Both the position numbers and the translations under genes were made by a program. The notes under the pieces are model-generated. The model ran no database searches. It worked only from the letters and a program-made list of their open reading frames with translations, and was not told where the DNA came from. Shown piece after piece: positions 1 to 11,489 of a stretch of DNA of 64,000 bases (position 1 is the stretch's first letter; every line of letters begins with the position of its first letter). The stretch is taken from contig CAWDOQ010000010.1 in assembly GCA_963804085.1 (NCBI GenBank), positions 1 through 64,000 on the forward strand, written 5' to 3'. Source of the stretch: Chlamydiia bacterium. Its GTDB lineage: Bacteria; Chlamydiota; Chlamydiia; Chlamydiales; Rhabdochlamydiaceae.

Positions 1-291
1 GTTGTTGGTGAGCGAACAGAAGTAGTCGAGGCGATCGGTGTACGGCATCGACGCCAGATACGAAGCGCCCTCGGCGATTTTCTCGTGGTTGCGGTGCAGG
101 TAGCCGAAAACGGGTTTGAGGCGGACGACCCGCTCACCGTCGAGCGCCACATCCATGCGAAAGACGCCATGCGTCGAGGGATGATGCGGCCCCATGGCGA
201 CTTCAAGCAGCTCACCCTCGCCGTCCGGCTCAATCACCGGCGGCCGGTTCCAGCCCTCAACTCTCTTCGTCCTGGTCTCTGTCACGCTCAT
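1..291 (-). CDS. nuoD: NADH-quinone oxidoreductase subunit D, 5' part (runs off window)
   Basis: Manual translation from ATG at 291 gives ...[26 protein letters not shown]...GYLHRNHEK...YTDRLDY, the NuoD N-terminal motifs; overlaps the nuoC stop. Confidence 0.93.
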   Translation of the reverse strand, partial: MSVTETRTKRVEGWNRPPVIEPDGEGELLEVAMGPHHPSTHGVFRMDVALDGERVVRLKPVFGYLHRNHEKIAEGASYLASMPYTDRLDYFCSLTNN

Positions 292-980
292 GCGCCGCTC
301 GTTCCTTGCTCCCTTGCTCCCTCGCTCACTTGCTCTTTGCTTGTGCGCTCTAGTGCCCGCCGCAGCACCTCGTCGTGCGGCGTGGGCTCATACTCGAAAT
401 CGTCCGGCTCCACGTAATCCCTGCGCATGGGGTGATCTTTGAATCCGTCCCACATCAGCAGCCGGCGCAGGTCCGGATGACCGGTGAAAACGATGCCGTA
501 GAGGTCAAATACCTCGCGCTCCTGAAACTCGGCTGAGCGCCAGACGGGCGTGAGTGACGGCAGGTCGACTTGATCGGACCGGTTCACCGTGCGCATCCGG
601 AGCACCAGCGGCCCGTGCTTCTTCCCCACCGAAAAAAGGTGGTAGACCGCTTCAAGATAGCCAGGGTCGACGCGCTTGCGCGTCTCGTCGGCCGTTTCCT
701 CGACTGTTTGCTCGACACCGTCGATCGTTTTCACGACCTGACGCGTTACTTTAACTTTCTCCGCCATCTCTTTGTCCAGCCAGTCGACGCCGGTCAGGTT
801 AGAGAGGAAATCGAAGGCCAGCTCGGGATCGTCGCGAAGAAACGTTGCGACCACAACGGCGGACTCCGGCGCGATCCGCAACGAGTGTTGCGCGGAGGGG
901 CTGGGGTTGGAAACAAACTCCACCCCCGCGCCGGGAACCGCCGCTTCAATTGCCGTCTTGATCTCTTCAACTGTCTTCAA
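288..980 (-). CDS. nuoC: NADH-quinone oxidoreductase subunit C
   Basis: [50 protein letters not shown] motifs; operon position. Confidence 0.93.
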   Translation of the reverse strand: MKTVEEIKTAIEAAVPGAGVEFVSNPSPSAQHSLRIAPESAVVVATFLRDDPELAFDFLSNLTGVDWLDKEMAEKVKVTRQVVKTIDGVEQTVEETADETRKRVDPGYLEAVYHLFSVGKKHGPLVLRMRTVNRSDQVDLPSLTPVWRSAEFQEREVFDLYGIVFTGHPDLRRLLMWDGFKDHPMRRDYVEPDDFEYEPTPHDEVLRRALERTSKEQVSEGAREQGTSGA

Positions 981-1062
981 ATCAGCTACCAGCTTTCAGC
1001 TATCAGCTCTCATCAATTCGTCGCCGCTGCAAGAATCTCTCTGTTTCCCGTTCCCTTTTCCT

Positions 1063-1112
1063 TTGTAGCGCCGGCGCCCCGCCGGCTGTCGTGCGGGCGT
1101 CCTCGCCCGCAC
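1063..1112. repeat. REP-like intergenic double palindrome
   Basis: GTAGCGCCGGCGCCCCGCCGGCTGTC followed by GTGCGGGCGTCCTCGCCCGCAC: two short hairpins led by GTAG, between nuoB and nuoC. Confidence 0.55.
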
Positions 1113-1128
1113 TCCCATGTTCCCTGCC

Positions 1129-1744
1129 TTACCGAATCGTGATCGGTACAGGCCAAACTCCCTTGTTCGATGTGGGTTCCAGATCGTGCTCTCCCTGCTC
1201 AGGCACGGGAAACTCGCCCTGCGCTTCGGAGTTGAGATGCCGCGGACGGTCCTCGCCGGTCAAGGGCTGTCCATCGATCTTCTTTTGCAGCGTCATGAAG
1301 GCCTGGATCAGCGCCTCAGGGCGCGGCGGGCAGCCGGGAATGTGCACGTCCACCGGAATGTAGCGGTCGATGCCCTTGAGCACGTTATAACCCTGCTTGA
1401 ACGGACCGCCGGAGATGGCGCACGCGCCCATCGCGATGACATACCGCGGCTCGGCCATCTGGTTGTAAAAGGCGCACCACCTGCGGCGCCATCTTCTTGG
1501 TTACGGTGCCGGAGACGATCATCAGGTCGGCCTGCCTCGGCGATGGGCGGAAGACCTCTGCGCCAAAGCGAGCCAGATCATAGCGAGCCATGGTTGTGGC
1601 GATCATCTCAATGGCGCAGCAGGCCAAACCGAACTGCATCGGCCAGACCGAGCTGCGACGGCCCCAGTTATAGAGCTCTTCGATGGTCGTGACGAAGATG
1701 CCCTGCTTGCCCAGTTCGATCTTCAGTTGCTGGTCAACAGCCAT
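1129..1744 (-). CDS. nuoB: NADH-quinone oxidoreductase subunit B (single frameshift near 1468, probably a sequencing indel)
   Basis: ORF 1385-1744 has GLACCAIEM and [16 protein letters not shown] 1129-1458 has [11 protein letters not shown] and [14 protein letters not shown]; extra base in an A run at the join. Confidence 0.93.
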
Positions 1745-1867
1745 AAGTCGCTCCGCTCCAGTGGTCAGTGATCAGTGGTAATAAACCAGCTCACCGTTTC
1801 GCACAACATTACCATTGCCCGGACGAAAAACTGTTCCCTATTCCCTGATCCCTGTTCCCTGCTTTCA

Positions 1868-2239
1868 TCACTGCCACGTCAGCACGCCCTTCGCCCAGGC
1901 CCAGGCAAGTCCCTCAACCAACAGGAGGACAAACACCAGCATGGCCGCGCAAGCCGCAGCGCCCAAACCTGTAAATGCCACCGCAAACGGAAGCAGGAAG
2001 ACGGCTTCCACATCGAAGATGAGAAAAATGATCCCGTAGAGGTAGTAGGCCGAACGGAACTGCATCCACGCGTCGCCCTTCGACTCCAGGCCGCACTCGT
2101 AAATGGCGTTCTTGACCGCGTTGGGCTTGGCCGGCGAATACACCCGCGCCCACAGCCAGGCCAACCCCAGAGGGGCGAGGCCAAAGCCCAGTGCCGCCAA
2201 GAACAAAACTGCCAATGAAAAATAGGGACTGGAAGCCAT
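1868..2239 (-). CDS. nuoA: NADH-quinone oxidoreductase subunit A
   Basis: Three hydrophobic segments, YECG and FLIFDVEAVFLLP motifs, KGVLTW end. Confidence 0.95.
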   Translation of the reverse strand: MASSPYFSLAVLFLAALGFGLAPLGLAWLWARVYSPAKPNAVKNAIYECGLESKGDAWMQFRSAYYLYGIIFLIFDVEAVFLLPFAVAFTGLGAAACAAMLVFVLLLVEGLAWAWAKGVLTWQ

Positions 2240-2387
2240 CGTGGGAAAGAATTTCCTACTCTTTCAAGCTACCAGTTTGGGGCATGGTTTGGCGAAGAAG
2301 TTAATGACGGTCGGCGCCATTCAGGCTGGATTTTCCACCATTTATCCCATCAGGTGAACCGTTGGCTGTCCGCGGCTCCTAAGCTCG

Positions 2388-5215
2388 CTAGTCGTCGGCG
2401 TCGTCCGCATTCTTCGCACGCACCTTAAGCATCGGTGGCACCGGCGCGCCGCCCATTGCGTCCTTCCACAGGATGATGTTGAGCTTCTCGGCGGGGGCCC
2501 GATCGGCGTGGCTGAAGTCCATCTTCATGCTGGCCCGGGCGCCCACGGCGTTGTTCTGATTGGCGGTGTAGATGAGACCGTTGTCGCGGTTGGAATAGTC
2601 GGCGGTATAAGGTGACTGATCGCCCGGTCCCGTAAACAGCGAGGCGATCATCGAGCAGAAGGCATCGTTGTTATTCATGGGCGGCAGACCGAGCAGCGCC
2701 TCCATGGTGCGAACGACGCTCACCGTGGAGTAGAAGCGGCTGTCAACAAACGGCGCGCCGCTGGGGCCGCGCGGCGAATACTTGCTGACCACCAGCGCGA
2801 TGCTGCGGTGCGCATCGACGTGGTCGGCGCCGCTCTGCGCATCGTCCTCAAGAATAAAGAAGGCCGTGTCGTCCCAATACGGCGAGTTCGAAATCGCCTC
2901 GACGGCGCGGCCCACCGCCAGATCGTTATCGGCGACGGATGACTTCGGCGATGGCCCGCCCGGACGTGTGCCCGCGGTGTGATCGTTGGGCAGGCGCAGC
3001 ATCACAAAATCGGGCATGGAGTCGTGGCCGTGCTCGCGATCGGCGATCCATTGCTTGAGGTGGCGCAGAAATATCTCCACCCTGACTTGGTCGGGGACCA
3101 TGAGATTGAAGTCCGGCGCTTCCGGCGCGAAGTGACCCACCAACTCGGACTTGGTGGCTATGTTGGTCACTATTCGCGAAATGGGCCACGGCCATTTGTT
3201 CAGGCCGCCGCCCCACTCGGCGGGCAGCGCCTCACCCGGGGCAAACGCCTTTTGCGCACAGCTCGGCCCGGCCAGCATCGCTCCCAGCGTGGCGTCGGCA
3301 ACCGCCGGCTGGTCGCAAAACGTCGACGAGATGAACTCGCCAAAGTGATAGTAGGTTTTGCCGTGCGCCGCGAGGTCGCCCCACAGATAGCCGCTGGCGG
3401 GCTCGTTCACGTCAGGGATTTTCTGCAGCAGCGGATAGCCACCGGCCACAATGCCTTCGTAGTCGTAACTCCGCTGTTCCCCGTGATAGTTCTGCTGCCA
3501 TGTCTTCTCCAGGTAATCTGAGCCGATCGCCGCCGTAGACCACACATGTCCGTCGCCGGAGACTTCGCCGGAGTCAAAGAAATTGTCGAGCACGCCGAAC
3601 TGCAGCGCCAATTTGTGCTGGTTGGGTGTAACAGGTTGGCCATACATCGCAAGGCTTGCGTCGCCATTGCCCACCGGCTTGCCGTCCTGCTCGAGGTCGC
3701 CGAGGATCTGGTCGTAGGTGCGGTTCTCCTTGATGACGTAGATGACGTGCCGAATCCGACCCGTGGCGTCGCCTGCAAACGCGATCTGCTCCTGCGCGGC
3801 ATTCATCCGATTCGACTCGAGCACGATCGTGGTCCAGCCGGCAAGATGGCTCGCGATCTCCGATTCGTCGATCGACGCCAGCGAGCCGTAGAGCAACGTT
3901 CCAATATAGGTGCTACCGCCTCTGCGCGCATTCGCTTGCGATTCGACGGTTCGCTGCGGAAAGTTGTTCGGCCCGGCTCCCTTGCCCTTGGCGGTCGCCA
4001 CGTAGAGCTTGCCGCCGGTCGGCGTCGCGACGAATGCCATCGACATCGGCATCCATTCAGTGGGAATGAATCCATCCGGCTCAACCATCCCCGCCTTCGC
4101 GATTTTCGGCGTGAGCTTCCCCGGCTCGATCACCGCGATCGCATCGGTTGCCATATTCGCCACGTAGAGCCTGCTGCCATCCGCGTTGACGGCGAGAGCA
4201 ACGGGCTCGGCGCCGAAGTAACTCTGCCCCGGCAGGCGCGTATCGAAGTAACCTTTGGCGGCGAATTGCCCCGCGCTCACATTCACGGCTGCAACGGCGT
4301 CGCGATTCGCGAGCGCGACATAGAGCGTCCTCTCGCCAGGCGCAAAACCATTGCACACGGATGCGTCCCCGGAGCGATGGGGTCAGGCGGCTTGAGCAAG
4401 GCCAGCTTTCGCGCCACTGCGCCACGCGACAAGTCGAGTTCGGCGATCTCCGATGCGTTCCACAGCGCGACAAACGCGCGCCTGCCGTCCCTCGTCACGG
4501 CCAGCGCAATCGGGTAGGTCGACGGCACGGTGTCGCTCTCGGAGAGGTCGAATCGTTTTTCGATCGCACCCGTCGTGGCGTCGATCAAGACCACATCGTC
4601 GGAAAGATTCTCGGCGACCAGCAACTTTTCGTGGCCGGCCTCGCCAAGGACCGCGATTGCTGCCGGGTACGGCACACTTTCATCGTTATCGGTTCCGTCG
4701 GGCAGACGCGTTTTCCGTCCCGGAGGGAGCGGCGCAGCAGGCAAATGAATCAGGCGCTCGGGCGCGATCTTTCCCTCGGCAAAGCTGTAAACCACGATGC
4801 CACTGCCTACGTCCGCTTTGTCACCGCCCCTCGCGTCGGTCAGCGAGGCCATGCTGGCGTAGATGTGGCTGCCATCGCGGCTGAACGCAAGACCCGAGTA
4901 GAGGGTTTGGTGCGCATGCAGTGCAGTGCGAGCATCGGGGAAATCGGCAAGCGCGCCGGTCGCGGTGTCCAGAACCGAGAACGACTGGTCGTAACGCGAC
5001 TCGAAAGTTCCATACCCCGCATTGACGGTCACCACGTAGCGGCGGTCCGGTGAAACAGCCATTGAAATGGGCAGGCTGTTCGTGCGCTGCGGATGGCCCG
5101 GGACTTCGCCGATCAATCGCTTGCTCGAAGGCAAGTCAATGGTTTGCGCCGAAAGCACGATCGATCCCGCGCAAATGGCGGCGGTAAGAACCGCCAAGTG
5201 ATTTCTGAAATCCAT
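2388..5215 (-). CDS. Secreted YVTN/YncE-type beta-propeller fused to an alkaline-phosphatase-superfamily phosphoesterase domain (frameshift near 4345)
   Basis: Signal-like N-terminus and propeller repeats in ORF 4283-5230, continued in ORF 2388-4358 with HVIYVIKENRTYD, LPNDHTAG and EDDAQSGADHVDAHRS motifs. Confidence 0.82.
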
Positions 5216-5432
5216 GGAGAGAAGCTCCACCTCTATCTAACGGACCCTCGATGAATTTAATGTAAACCGCGATGGCGGCACGCGGCGACAGGCGGATTGT
5301 ATGTGGAGATGATGGGCGAAGGCTCGTGCCCGAGGCCAAATCGGACGGCTGCACAATGGTGTCCCGTCCCTTCTCCGCCGCGAAAGCCCACGGCGGAGAA
5401 AGGTGGGACCAGGGAGAACGGTTCAAAGCCGC

Positions 5433-5823
5433 CTACGGATAGATGCCGCGAATCTGCACAGCCTCAGCCACACGGCCGATTCCGAGCATGTTGGCGGCAA
5501 TGCGCATGGGTACATTCCGCTCCAGATGAATCTTTAGCACGTCGCGGAAGGCCGTCTTCATCACGTGATCGAGGCGCTTGTAGATGTCACGCGCCTCCCA
5601 GAACAGGTGCTGCTCGTCCTGCACCCACTCGAAATAAGAAACGGTGACGCCGCCCGCGTTGCACAGAATGTCCGGGATCACAAAAATGCCCTTGCTCTCA
5701 AGGATTCTGTCTGCCGCGGGTGTGATGGGTCCGTTCGCCGCCTCGGCGATGATGTGCGCACGCACTGCTGCCGGCATTCTCCGCGTGGATGGCGTTTTCA
5801 AGAGCCGCAGGCACCAGGATGTC
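5433..5823 (-). pseudogene. Glu/Leu/Phe/Val dehydrogenase, C-terminal fragment only
   Basis: [12 protein letters not shown]..(frameshift near 5765)..[35 protein letters not shown]; homology stops abruptly at about 5823. Confidence 0.85.
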
Positions 5824-6041
5824 GCCATCCTGGCGGGCCCCATTCTGGCCATCGCGATTGTGGTCGGCTCGTGGTGAATATCGCGCAGGTGCTCACGTCG
5901 CTCCAGGACATGACCGTCTCCACCGTGGCGCGATTGATGGCTACCGGCGGCGCATTGTTTCTGCTCATGCCCTGGATGTGGCGGCATCTTGCCACATTTA
6001 CGCTTTCAACATTAACTGATTTTCACGTGTACATGAAATGA
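5824..6041 (+). pseudogene. fliQ: Flagellar export protein FliQ, 5'-truncated
   Basis: [40 protein letters not shown]-terminus missing; indel near 5866; directly precedes fliR. Confidence 0.75.
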
Positions 6042-6530
6042 TCGAGATTCCTCTCATCGCGATCATCAGCGGCGTCCTCACGATCGGGGTGCGCATGACC
6101 GGGCTTATGCTTTTTGCGCCGTTTTTCGGCAGCATGGTCATCCCTGCCCGGATCAAGGCGGGTCTGGTTCTGGCCCTCACGCTGGCCTTGTATCCCGGCG
6201 TTTGGCGGCCGGAGATTGGACCGCACACTCTTATCGAGTGGCCGATGCTGGTCTTCAATGAGTTTCTGGTTGGCGTGGGGATGGGGATCGCCACCAACGT
6301 GGTATTCGAGGCAATTCAACTCACCGGTTCGGTGCTTGGCATCCAAATGGGATACTCGCTGGTCAACATTCTCGATCCGCAGAGCCAGGTCGACACGCCT
6401 GTAGTGGCGATGTTTTATCAAAGCATCGCCATGCTGCGTTTCTCGGCAATGAATTGCACCTGTGGCTGCTGCGTGCGGTGGGCAACAGTTTTCGCTATGT
6501 TCCACCGGGAACAGCGCACATCAGTAGCCA
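6038..6530 (+). pseudogene. fliR: Flagellar export protein FliR, 3'-truncated
   Basis: RMTGLMLFAPFFGS..IPARIK, GIQMGYSLVNILDP, HLWLLRAVGNSF; frameshift near 6440-6450; broken at about 6530. Confidence 0.85.
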
Positions 6531-6845
6531 CGTGGTCCCTTCGAGCCACACGGCGCCGGCATTTCCGTTCGGATCGGCAACAATGCGAGGCGAAGAAGCG
6601 CTGGCACCCGAAATGGTAACTGCCGTACTCCAACTTCCATTGACCGGCTGGGCACTTGATTTAACAAAGCCATTTTCTACCCAAACAGCGGTGAGATTTC
6701 CATTTGCATCTGTGGCGATGTGGGCATCAGATGCATTTATGTTGGCTGTCGACAGGGTAACAGGGGGAAAAGACCAGCTCATGTCGTTAGACATAAGCGG
6801 AGCACAAGAGATAAGAGTCAGAATGATTGCTAAAAACTTTTTCAT
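6530..6845 (-). CDS. Secreted propeller-repeat protein (third paralog), truncated by the chimeric junction
   Basis: Signal peptide MKKFLAIIL.., repeats such as DANGNLTAVWVENG matching the 6927 and 8660 paralogs. Confidence 0.7.
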
Positions 6846-6926
6846 GATTTTACCTTTTTTTGAAACGATTTCTACGCATACAGAGAGTGCTCTTTTTGAG
6901 CACTCTCTACATCTCTCAAGTTTCCG

Positions 6927-8528
6927 TTAAGGAAAACTCTGAGTAATAGTGATGCTTTGCTGAAAAGTATTGTCAAAAGCTGCAACACCATAAGTCACAG
7001 ATCCATTTTGCACCTGGTTGTGGTCGATGACTTGGGTATCAGTACTGGCTAATTGAGCAAATAGGACTCCGTCCCGATAAACGGCATATCCCCCAACATT
7101 CGGATCAGTACTTAGCGTCCAACTGATCGTATTAAAGAAGTCGGTAAAGGCTCCAAAATTTGTTGAACTTTGTGTCACTGCAACATTGGAAGGAGCTCCT
7201 AACAAGGTACTTGTTCCGGTGGATGCGACAATGCGATTGTTCGTCCCATCATTCGTCACCCAAACAGCGACAGCATTAACACTGCTTCCATTAAGCGATC
7301 TTGCTGCGCTTGGGAAACCATTATCAGAACCTGTTGACAGTGCCTGTGCAGGAGTCCAACCATTGGGGAAAATGGCTCCAAGATAGGATTCTGCAGACCA
7401 AATGGCCGCACCCGTCCCGAGATTATTTGCCATAAAAACCGATAAAGCATTTCCATTGGGATCAAGCGCCATTGTTGATGAAAGACCGTACAAGTCGAGA
7501 CCGATGATCTGAGCAAAATTGCTCCAGCTCCCTCCATTTTGCATCACAGCAGTTTCGATATTAAACCTGGCGCCATCGTTAGAAGGATTCCAGGATGCAA
7601 TCGCATTTCTGTTCCCATCAAAGAGCACACGTAAAGAGAGTGTCGTGGGATTGCGCTCATTAAGGTCAAAAGTAATAATTGTGGGAAGCGCCCAAGTGGA
7701 AGCTCCCGCAGTCAATGTAGAAGAGATTAAAGTGACATTATTAAACTGCGTTCCTGAAGTGGTATATCTAAACCAAACCAGAACAGCATTGCCGTTTGTG
7801 TCGACAGCAACCTGCGGATAATGATGGGTAAAAGCAGCTGCTACAGGAATCACACTGACTGCTGTTTGCCAGCTTCCGCTAACCTGTGCAGTTGCAGAAA
7901 AAATTCCGTGTGACGAGGATGCTGAGATAAATTGATGCCAAACGGCAACAACCGTTCCATTAGCGCCAATCGAGACTTGAGGAGCATCATCTGCACCGTT
8001 TGATGAAAGCACATGAACAGAGCTCCAGCTTCCACCGGCAAGTTTTGTTGCCGATTCGATAAAGCCGCTTCTTGTCCAGATCGCTACAGCATTTCCGGCA
8101 TTATCCACTGAGAGCTGGGGAGTAGCTGCTGTCGTACTAGAGACAGTTGTTGCAGCACTCCAACTTCCACCGGAGGGAAGGGTAGCCGATGTCACGGCAC
8201 CATTTTGCAGCCAGAGAGCTGTGACATTTCCGCTGCCATCTATGCCTAATGAGGGAAGAGAGGATCCGGAACCTGAGATTGAAGTTGCAGCACTCCAGCT
8301 TCCACCAAATGGAAGAGAACTTGCTTTTACGACACCATTTTCTAACCAGACTGATGTCGCATTCCCATTAACATCAATGACAGTCTGTGGATTGGATGCA
8401 TCTACCCCCGAAGAGGAGATGGGAGAAGAGGGAGCAGACCAAGTAATTTGCTGACCCATCACAGGGAAATGAGACAAGCAAACCAGTGCTAAAAACAGAA
8501 CCAGTAGTTTTTTCACGTTCACCACCAT
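6927..8528 (-). CDS. Secreted Ser/Thr/Gly-rich beta-propeller-like protein with FN3-like C-terminal domain
   Basis: Signal peptide; repeated PQxxxDxxGNAxAxW...GGSWS units; C-terminal NFG..FNTISW..GY.VYR.G..DHN. Confidence 0.75.
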   Translation of the reverse strand: MVVNVKKLLVLFLALVCLSHFPVMGQQITWSAPSSPISSSGVDASNPQTVIDVNGNATSVWLENGVVKASSLPFGGSWSAATSISGSGSSLPSLGIDGSGNVTALWLQNGAVTSATLPSGGSWSAATTVSSTTAATPQLSVDNAGNAVAIWTRSGFIESATKLAGGSWSSVHVLSSNGADDAPQVSIGANGTVVAVWHQFISASSSHGIFSATAQVSGSWQTAVSVIPVAAAFTHHYPQVAVDTNGNAVLVWFRYTTSGTQFNNVTLISSTLTAGASTWALPTIITFDLNERNPTTLSLRVLFDGNRNAIASWNPSNDGARFNIETAVMQNGGSWSNFAQIIGLDLYGLSSTMALDPNGNALSVFMANNLGTGAAIWSAESYLGAIFPNGWTPAQALSTGSDNGFPSAARSLNGSSVNAVAVWVTNDGTNNRIVASTGTSTLLGAPSNVAVTQSSTNFGAFTDFFNTISWTLSTDPNVGGYAVYRDGVLFAQLASTDTQVIDHNQVQNGSVTYGVAAFDNTFQQSITITQSFP

Positions 8529-8659
8529 TTACGACCCGAGTTGTTATTTTGTGAGAGCGAACCCCAAACCCGAGTCGCTATGTGAAATGGGGTTAACTCA
8601 AAAATTGAGTATCCATTGAAACAAAATTTTTATTAACGAGCAAATGATTTTTTAAATGC

Positions 8660-10264
8660 TCAAGGAAAACTCTTATTCACCAGAGAGCTCTGAATGAATG
8701 TGCCGTCGAAGGATGCGACTCCATAAGTCACAGGTCCATTTTGAATCTGATTATGGTCGATCACTTGTACAACACTGCTGCTTATTGTTTGAGTATAAAA
8801 AACTCCGTTGCGATAAATTGCGTATCCCACAACATTTGGATCACTACTCGCCGTCCAACTGATAGTGTTGTAAAAGTCTGGAAAGGCACGAAAATTTGCA
8901 GAATTTTGAACAATGGTGACATTGGACGGAGCGCCTAGTATCGTTTTGGATCCGGTCGAAGCAACAAGACGATTGTTTGTTCCATCATAAGACACCCAAA
9001 CAGCAATGGCATTAACAGTATCTCCATTAAGTGATCTTGCCGCAGATGGATAGGCTTGATTAGATCCTGCCGCGATAACTTGCACAACAGTCCAGTAGTT
9101 GGAAAGATGCGAGGCAATATCCGATTCGGCAGACCAGATAGCCGCGCCTGCACCTCCTAAATTTGCCATGAATACAGCAAGTGCATTACCATTGAAATCA
9201 ACCGCAAGGTCTGCTGAAAGAGCGTATAAATCCAAGCCGATGATCTGTCCAAACCCCGACCAATTTCCTCCCGATCGGAGTACAGCAGTTTCCACGTTAA
9301 AAGTGGATCCACCACTCGAAGGATTCCAGAGTGCAATCACATTATTACTTCCATCTACCTGAAGCTCTAAAGTAATCGTTGCAGGGTTGCTGTGCCGAGG
9401 ATTAGAAATAAGTAGAGGTACAGACCAACCAGTTGCACCTGTTTGAAGCGACGCGCTCAGTAGTGTGACGTTTTGATATTCTGTTCCAACTACAGTATAT
9501 CTAAACCAAACTACGGTGCCATTACCCCTGCTATCGATCGTGACTTGGGGATAGTTCTGGATAAAAGAGGTAGTCAGTGGAATCACATTAACGGCGGTGT
9601 TCCAGGTAAGCCCTGTGATCGTTGTGGTCGCAGAAAAGATGGAGTGGGTAGAAGAGCTGCTAATGAGTTCATGCCAGACAGCAATTACGGTTCCATTGGA
9701 ACCGATCGCAATTTGAGGAGAGTCTGACGTATTTGGAGAAAGCAGACCGCTGAGGAGAGTCACCGTTCCCCAACTTCCTCCAAATTGCTTGATCGAGGCT
9801 TCGACGCCTCCACTTCTTGACCAGATCGCGACAGCATTTCCCGCAGCGTCTACGGCAAGCTGTGGAGTAGCAGCTGTGGTGCTCGACACAGTAGTTGCTG
9901 CACTCCAACTTCCTCCAAAGGGATGTGTCGCGGATCTGACGGCACCACTTTGCAGCCAAAGCGCAGTGACATTGCCGCTTCCATCAATACCTAATGAGGG
10001 CAAAGAGGAGCTGGAGCCAGATATCGCGACTGCTGTGCTCCAGCTGCCACCAAAAGGAAGGGAGCCGGCCATGACCACACCGTTTTCTAACCAAATTGCA
10101 GTCCCATTTCCGCTAGCATCGATCACAATTTGTGGACTTGACGCATCGACACCTGCTGAAGAAAAGGGAAGAGAGGGAGCTGACCAACTTATTTGTTGGC
10201 TGCTTGCAGGAAAAGGCGTCAACAAAAAGAGAATGATTAACCCTATTGCGACCAGTGTTTTCGT
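8660..10264 (-). CDS. Secreted beta-propeller-like protein, paralog of 6927-8528
   Basis: Collinear similarity with 6927-8528; the frame extends upstream of 10225 to an ACG at 10264, giving the signal peptide (M)KTLVAIGLIILFLLTPFPA. Confidence 0.75.
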   Translation of the reverse strand, partial: TKTLVAIGLIILFLLTPFPASSQQISWSAPSLPFSSAGVDASSPQIVIDASGNGTAIWLENGVVMAGSLPFGGSWSTAVAISGSSSSLPSLGIDGSGNVTALWLQSGAVRSATHPFGGSWSAATTVSSTTAATPQLAVDAAGNAVAIWSRSGGVEASIKQFGGSWGTVTLLSGLLSPNTSDSPQIAIGSNGTVIAVWHELISSSSTHSIFSATTTITGLTWNTAVNVIPLTTSFIQNYPQVTIDSRGNGTVVWFRYTVVGTEYQNVTLLSASLQTGATGWSVPLLISNPRHSNPATITLELQVDGSNNVIALWNPSSGGSTFNVETAVLRSGGNWSGFGQIIGLDLYALSADLAVDFNGNALAVFMANLGGAGAAIWSAESDIASHLSNYWTVVQVIAAGSNQAYPSAARSLNGDTVNAIAVWVSYDGTNNRLVASTGSKTILGAPSNVTIVQNSANFRAFPDFYNTISWTASSDPNVVGYAIYRNGVFYTQTISSSVVQVIDHNQIQNGPVTYGVASFDGTFIQSSLVNKSFP

Positions 10265-10277
10265 ATCTACCTGCTTG

Positions 10278-11489
10278 TTATTGCACTTGTTCGTCTATTT
10301 CTTCTGAGGTTTTTTGCACTTCAAGTTTAGCAACCGGATAGGTGCGGTTCTTCTCTGAAAGCTGTCGCCAACCTTCGGGAAGATCCTTCATTGCAAGCAG
10401 CTTGTCGCAAGCTTGTAGTGACTCTTCATAATGTCCAACGTAATAGGAAGCGATCGACAACTGAAAGAGCAGACCATACTGCTCGATCCAGTCCATGTTG
10501 AAGAGAGAATCCTTCTGAGCAGGCTTAGGGATAAATGCGCTCGCCTTAAGATACGCGTACGCCTCAGCATATCTTCCTTGCTGATTGAACGTTTCGGCAA
10601 GATAATAGATCGGCTCAACGCGATGAGGGCGAAAATTGTGCGCATCTTTATAACTTTCAATGACGGTGCTGACGGGCATCCCCATGTCGCGCAAAAGTCC
10701 GGCGATTTGAAGTTTAGACCAGAAGGTCTCCTCGTCCCAGCCACCCATCTGAATCCGCTTTTGATACGATTCAAGTGCTTTTCCTTTTTCACCCGCATCT
10801 TTATAGCTTTCGGCAAGATAAAAAGCGTAACGGCTATTGTCCGGCTCTTTTTTAAGACCTGCAGTTAACAGCTTCACGTTTTTTAAGAATTTCTTCGGAT
10901 CGTAGGAGCTTGCACCCCCATCACCTGAGACATAGCGCACCTCATCTAATGTTGCAGAGGTGTATTCTTGATCTGAAGCCAAATACTCATGCGTTACACC
11001 TACAAATTTCCAGGGAAGATCGGCACGAACAATCTGAGGTCTTATATAGGAAAACCCTTTTGTCCCACGCCACATATTGTAAAGATCTTCTGTGAGAGAA
11101 TCCTTTGAAAACTCGCCTACAAGCTCCAATGTATCATCTGCATCCATAAAAAGAAGATAGTCAGCTTTTCCTTTAGCGAGTTTAAAAGCTTGCGTGCGAT
11201 TGAACCCAAAATTTCTCCAAGGACGCTCGTGAAGCTCGCCCGGAATGTCCTTAAGATACTCTTTGATGATCTCCTGCGTGCCGTCCTCAGAACCTGTGTC
11301 CACAATCACCCAATAATCGATGATAGACTTTACAGAATCTAAGCAGCGTTTAATTACACGACTCTCATTTTTGACAATCATATTGAGACAGATCGTCTTT
11401 TTTTTCTCGTTTGCATTCTCCTCTGCGTACGCCGGCAAAAATGCCGTAAACGAAAAGATGACCGATACAAATAAACTCAAGGTTTTCAT
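10278..11489 (-). CDS. GT2-family glycosyltransferase with TPR-like C-terminal region
   Basis: ICLNMIVKNE, IVDTGSEDGT, WRNFGFNR, FMDADD, GVTHE motifs; helical repeats (RYAFYLAESY); N-terminal signal/anchor. Confidence 0.88.
   Translation of the reverse strand: MKTLSLFVSVIFSFTAFLPAYAEENANEKKKTICLNMIVKNESRVIKRCLDSVKSIIDYWVIVDTGSEDGTQEIIKEYLKDIPGELHERPWRNFGFNRTQAFKLAKGKADYLLFMDADDTLELVGEFSKDSLTEDLYNMWRGTKGFSYIRPQIVRADLPWKFVGVTHEYLASDQEYTSATLDEVRYVSGDGGASSYDPKKFLKNVKLLTAGLKKEPDNSRYAFYLAESYKDAGEKGKALESYQKRIQMGGWDEETFWSKLQIAGLLRDMGMPVSTVIESYKDAHNFRPHRVEPIYYLAETFNQQGRYAEAYAYLKASAFIPKPAQKDSLFNMDWIEQYGLLFQLSIASYYVGHYEESLQACDKLLAMKDLPEGWRQLSEKNRTYPVAKLEVQKTSEEIDEQVQ

Noticed and set aside
5824-6530. 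Flagellar genes belonging to the chlamydia
   Set aside because: Both genes are truncated, high-GC and bounded by chimera-like junctions
10262-10264. Genuine ACG start codon
   Set aside because: Cannot be distinguished from a base-call error of ATG in this error-prone sequence
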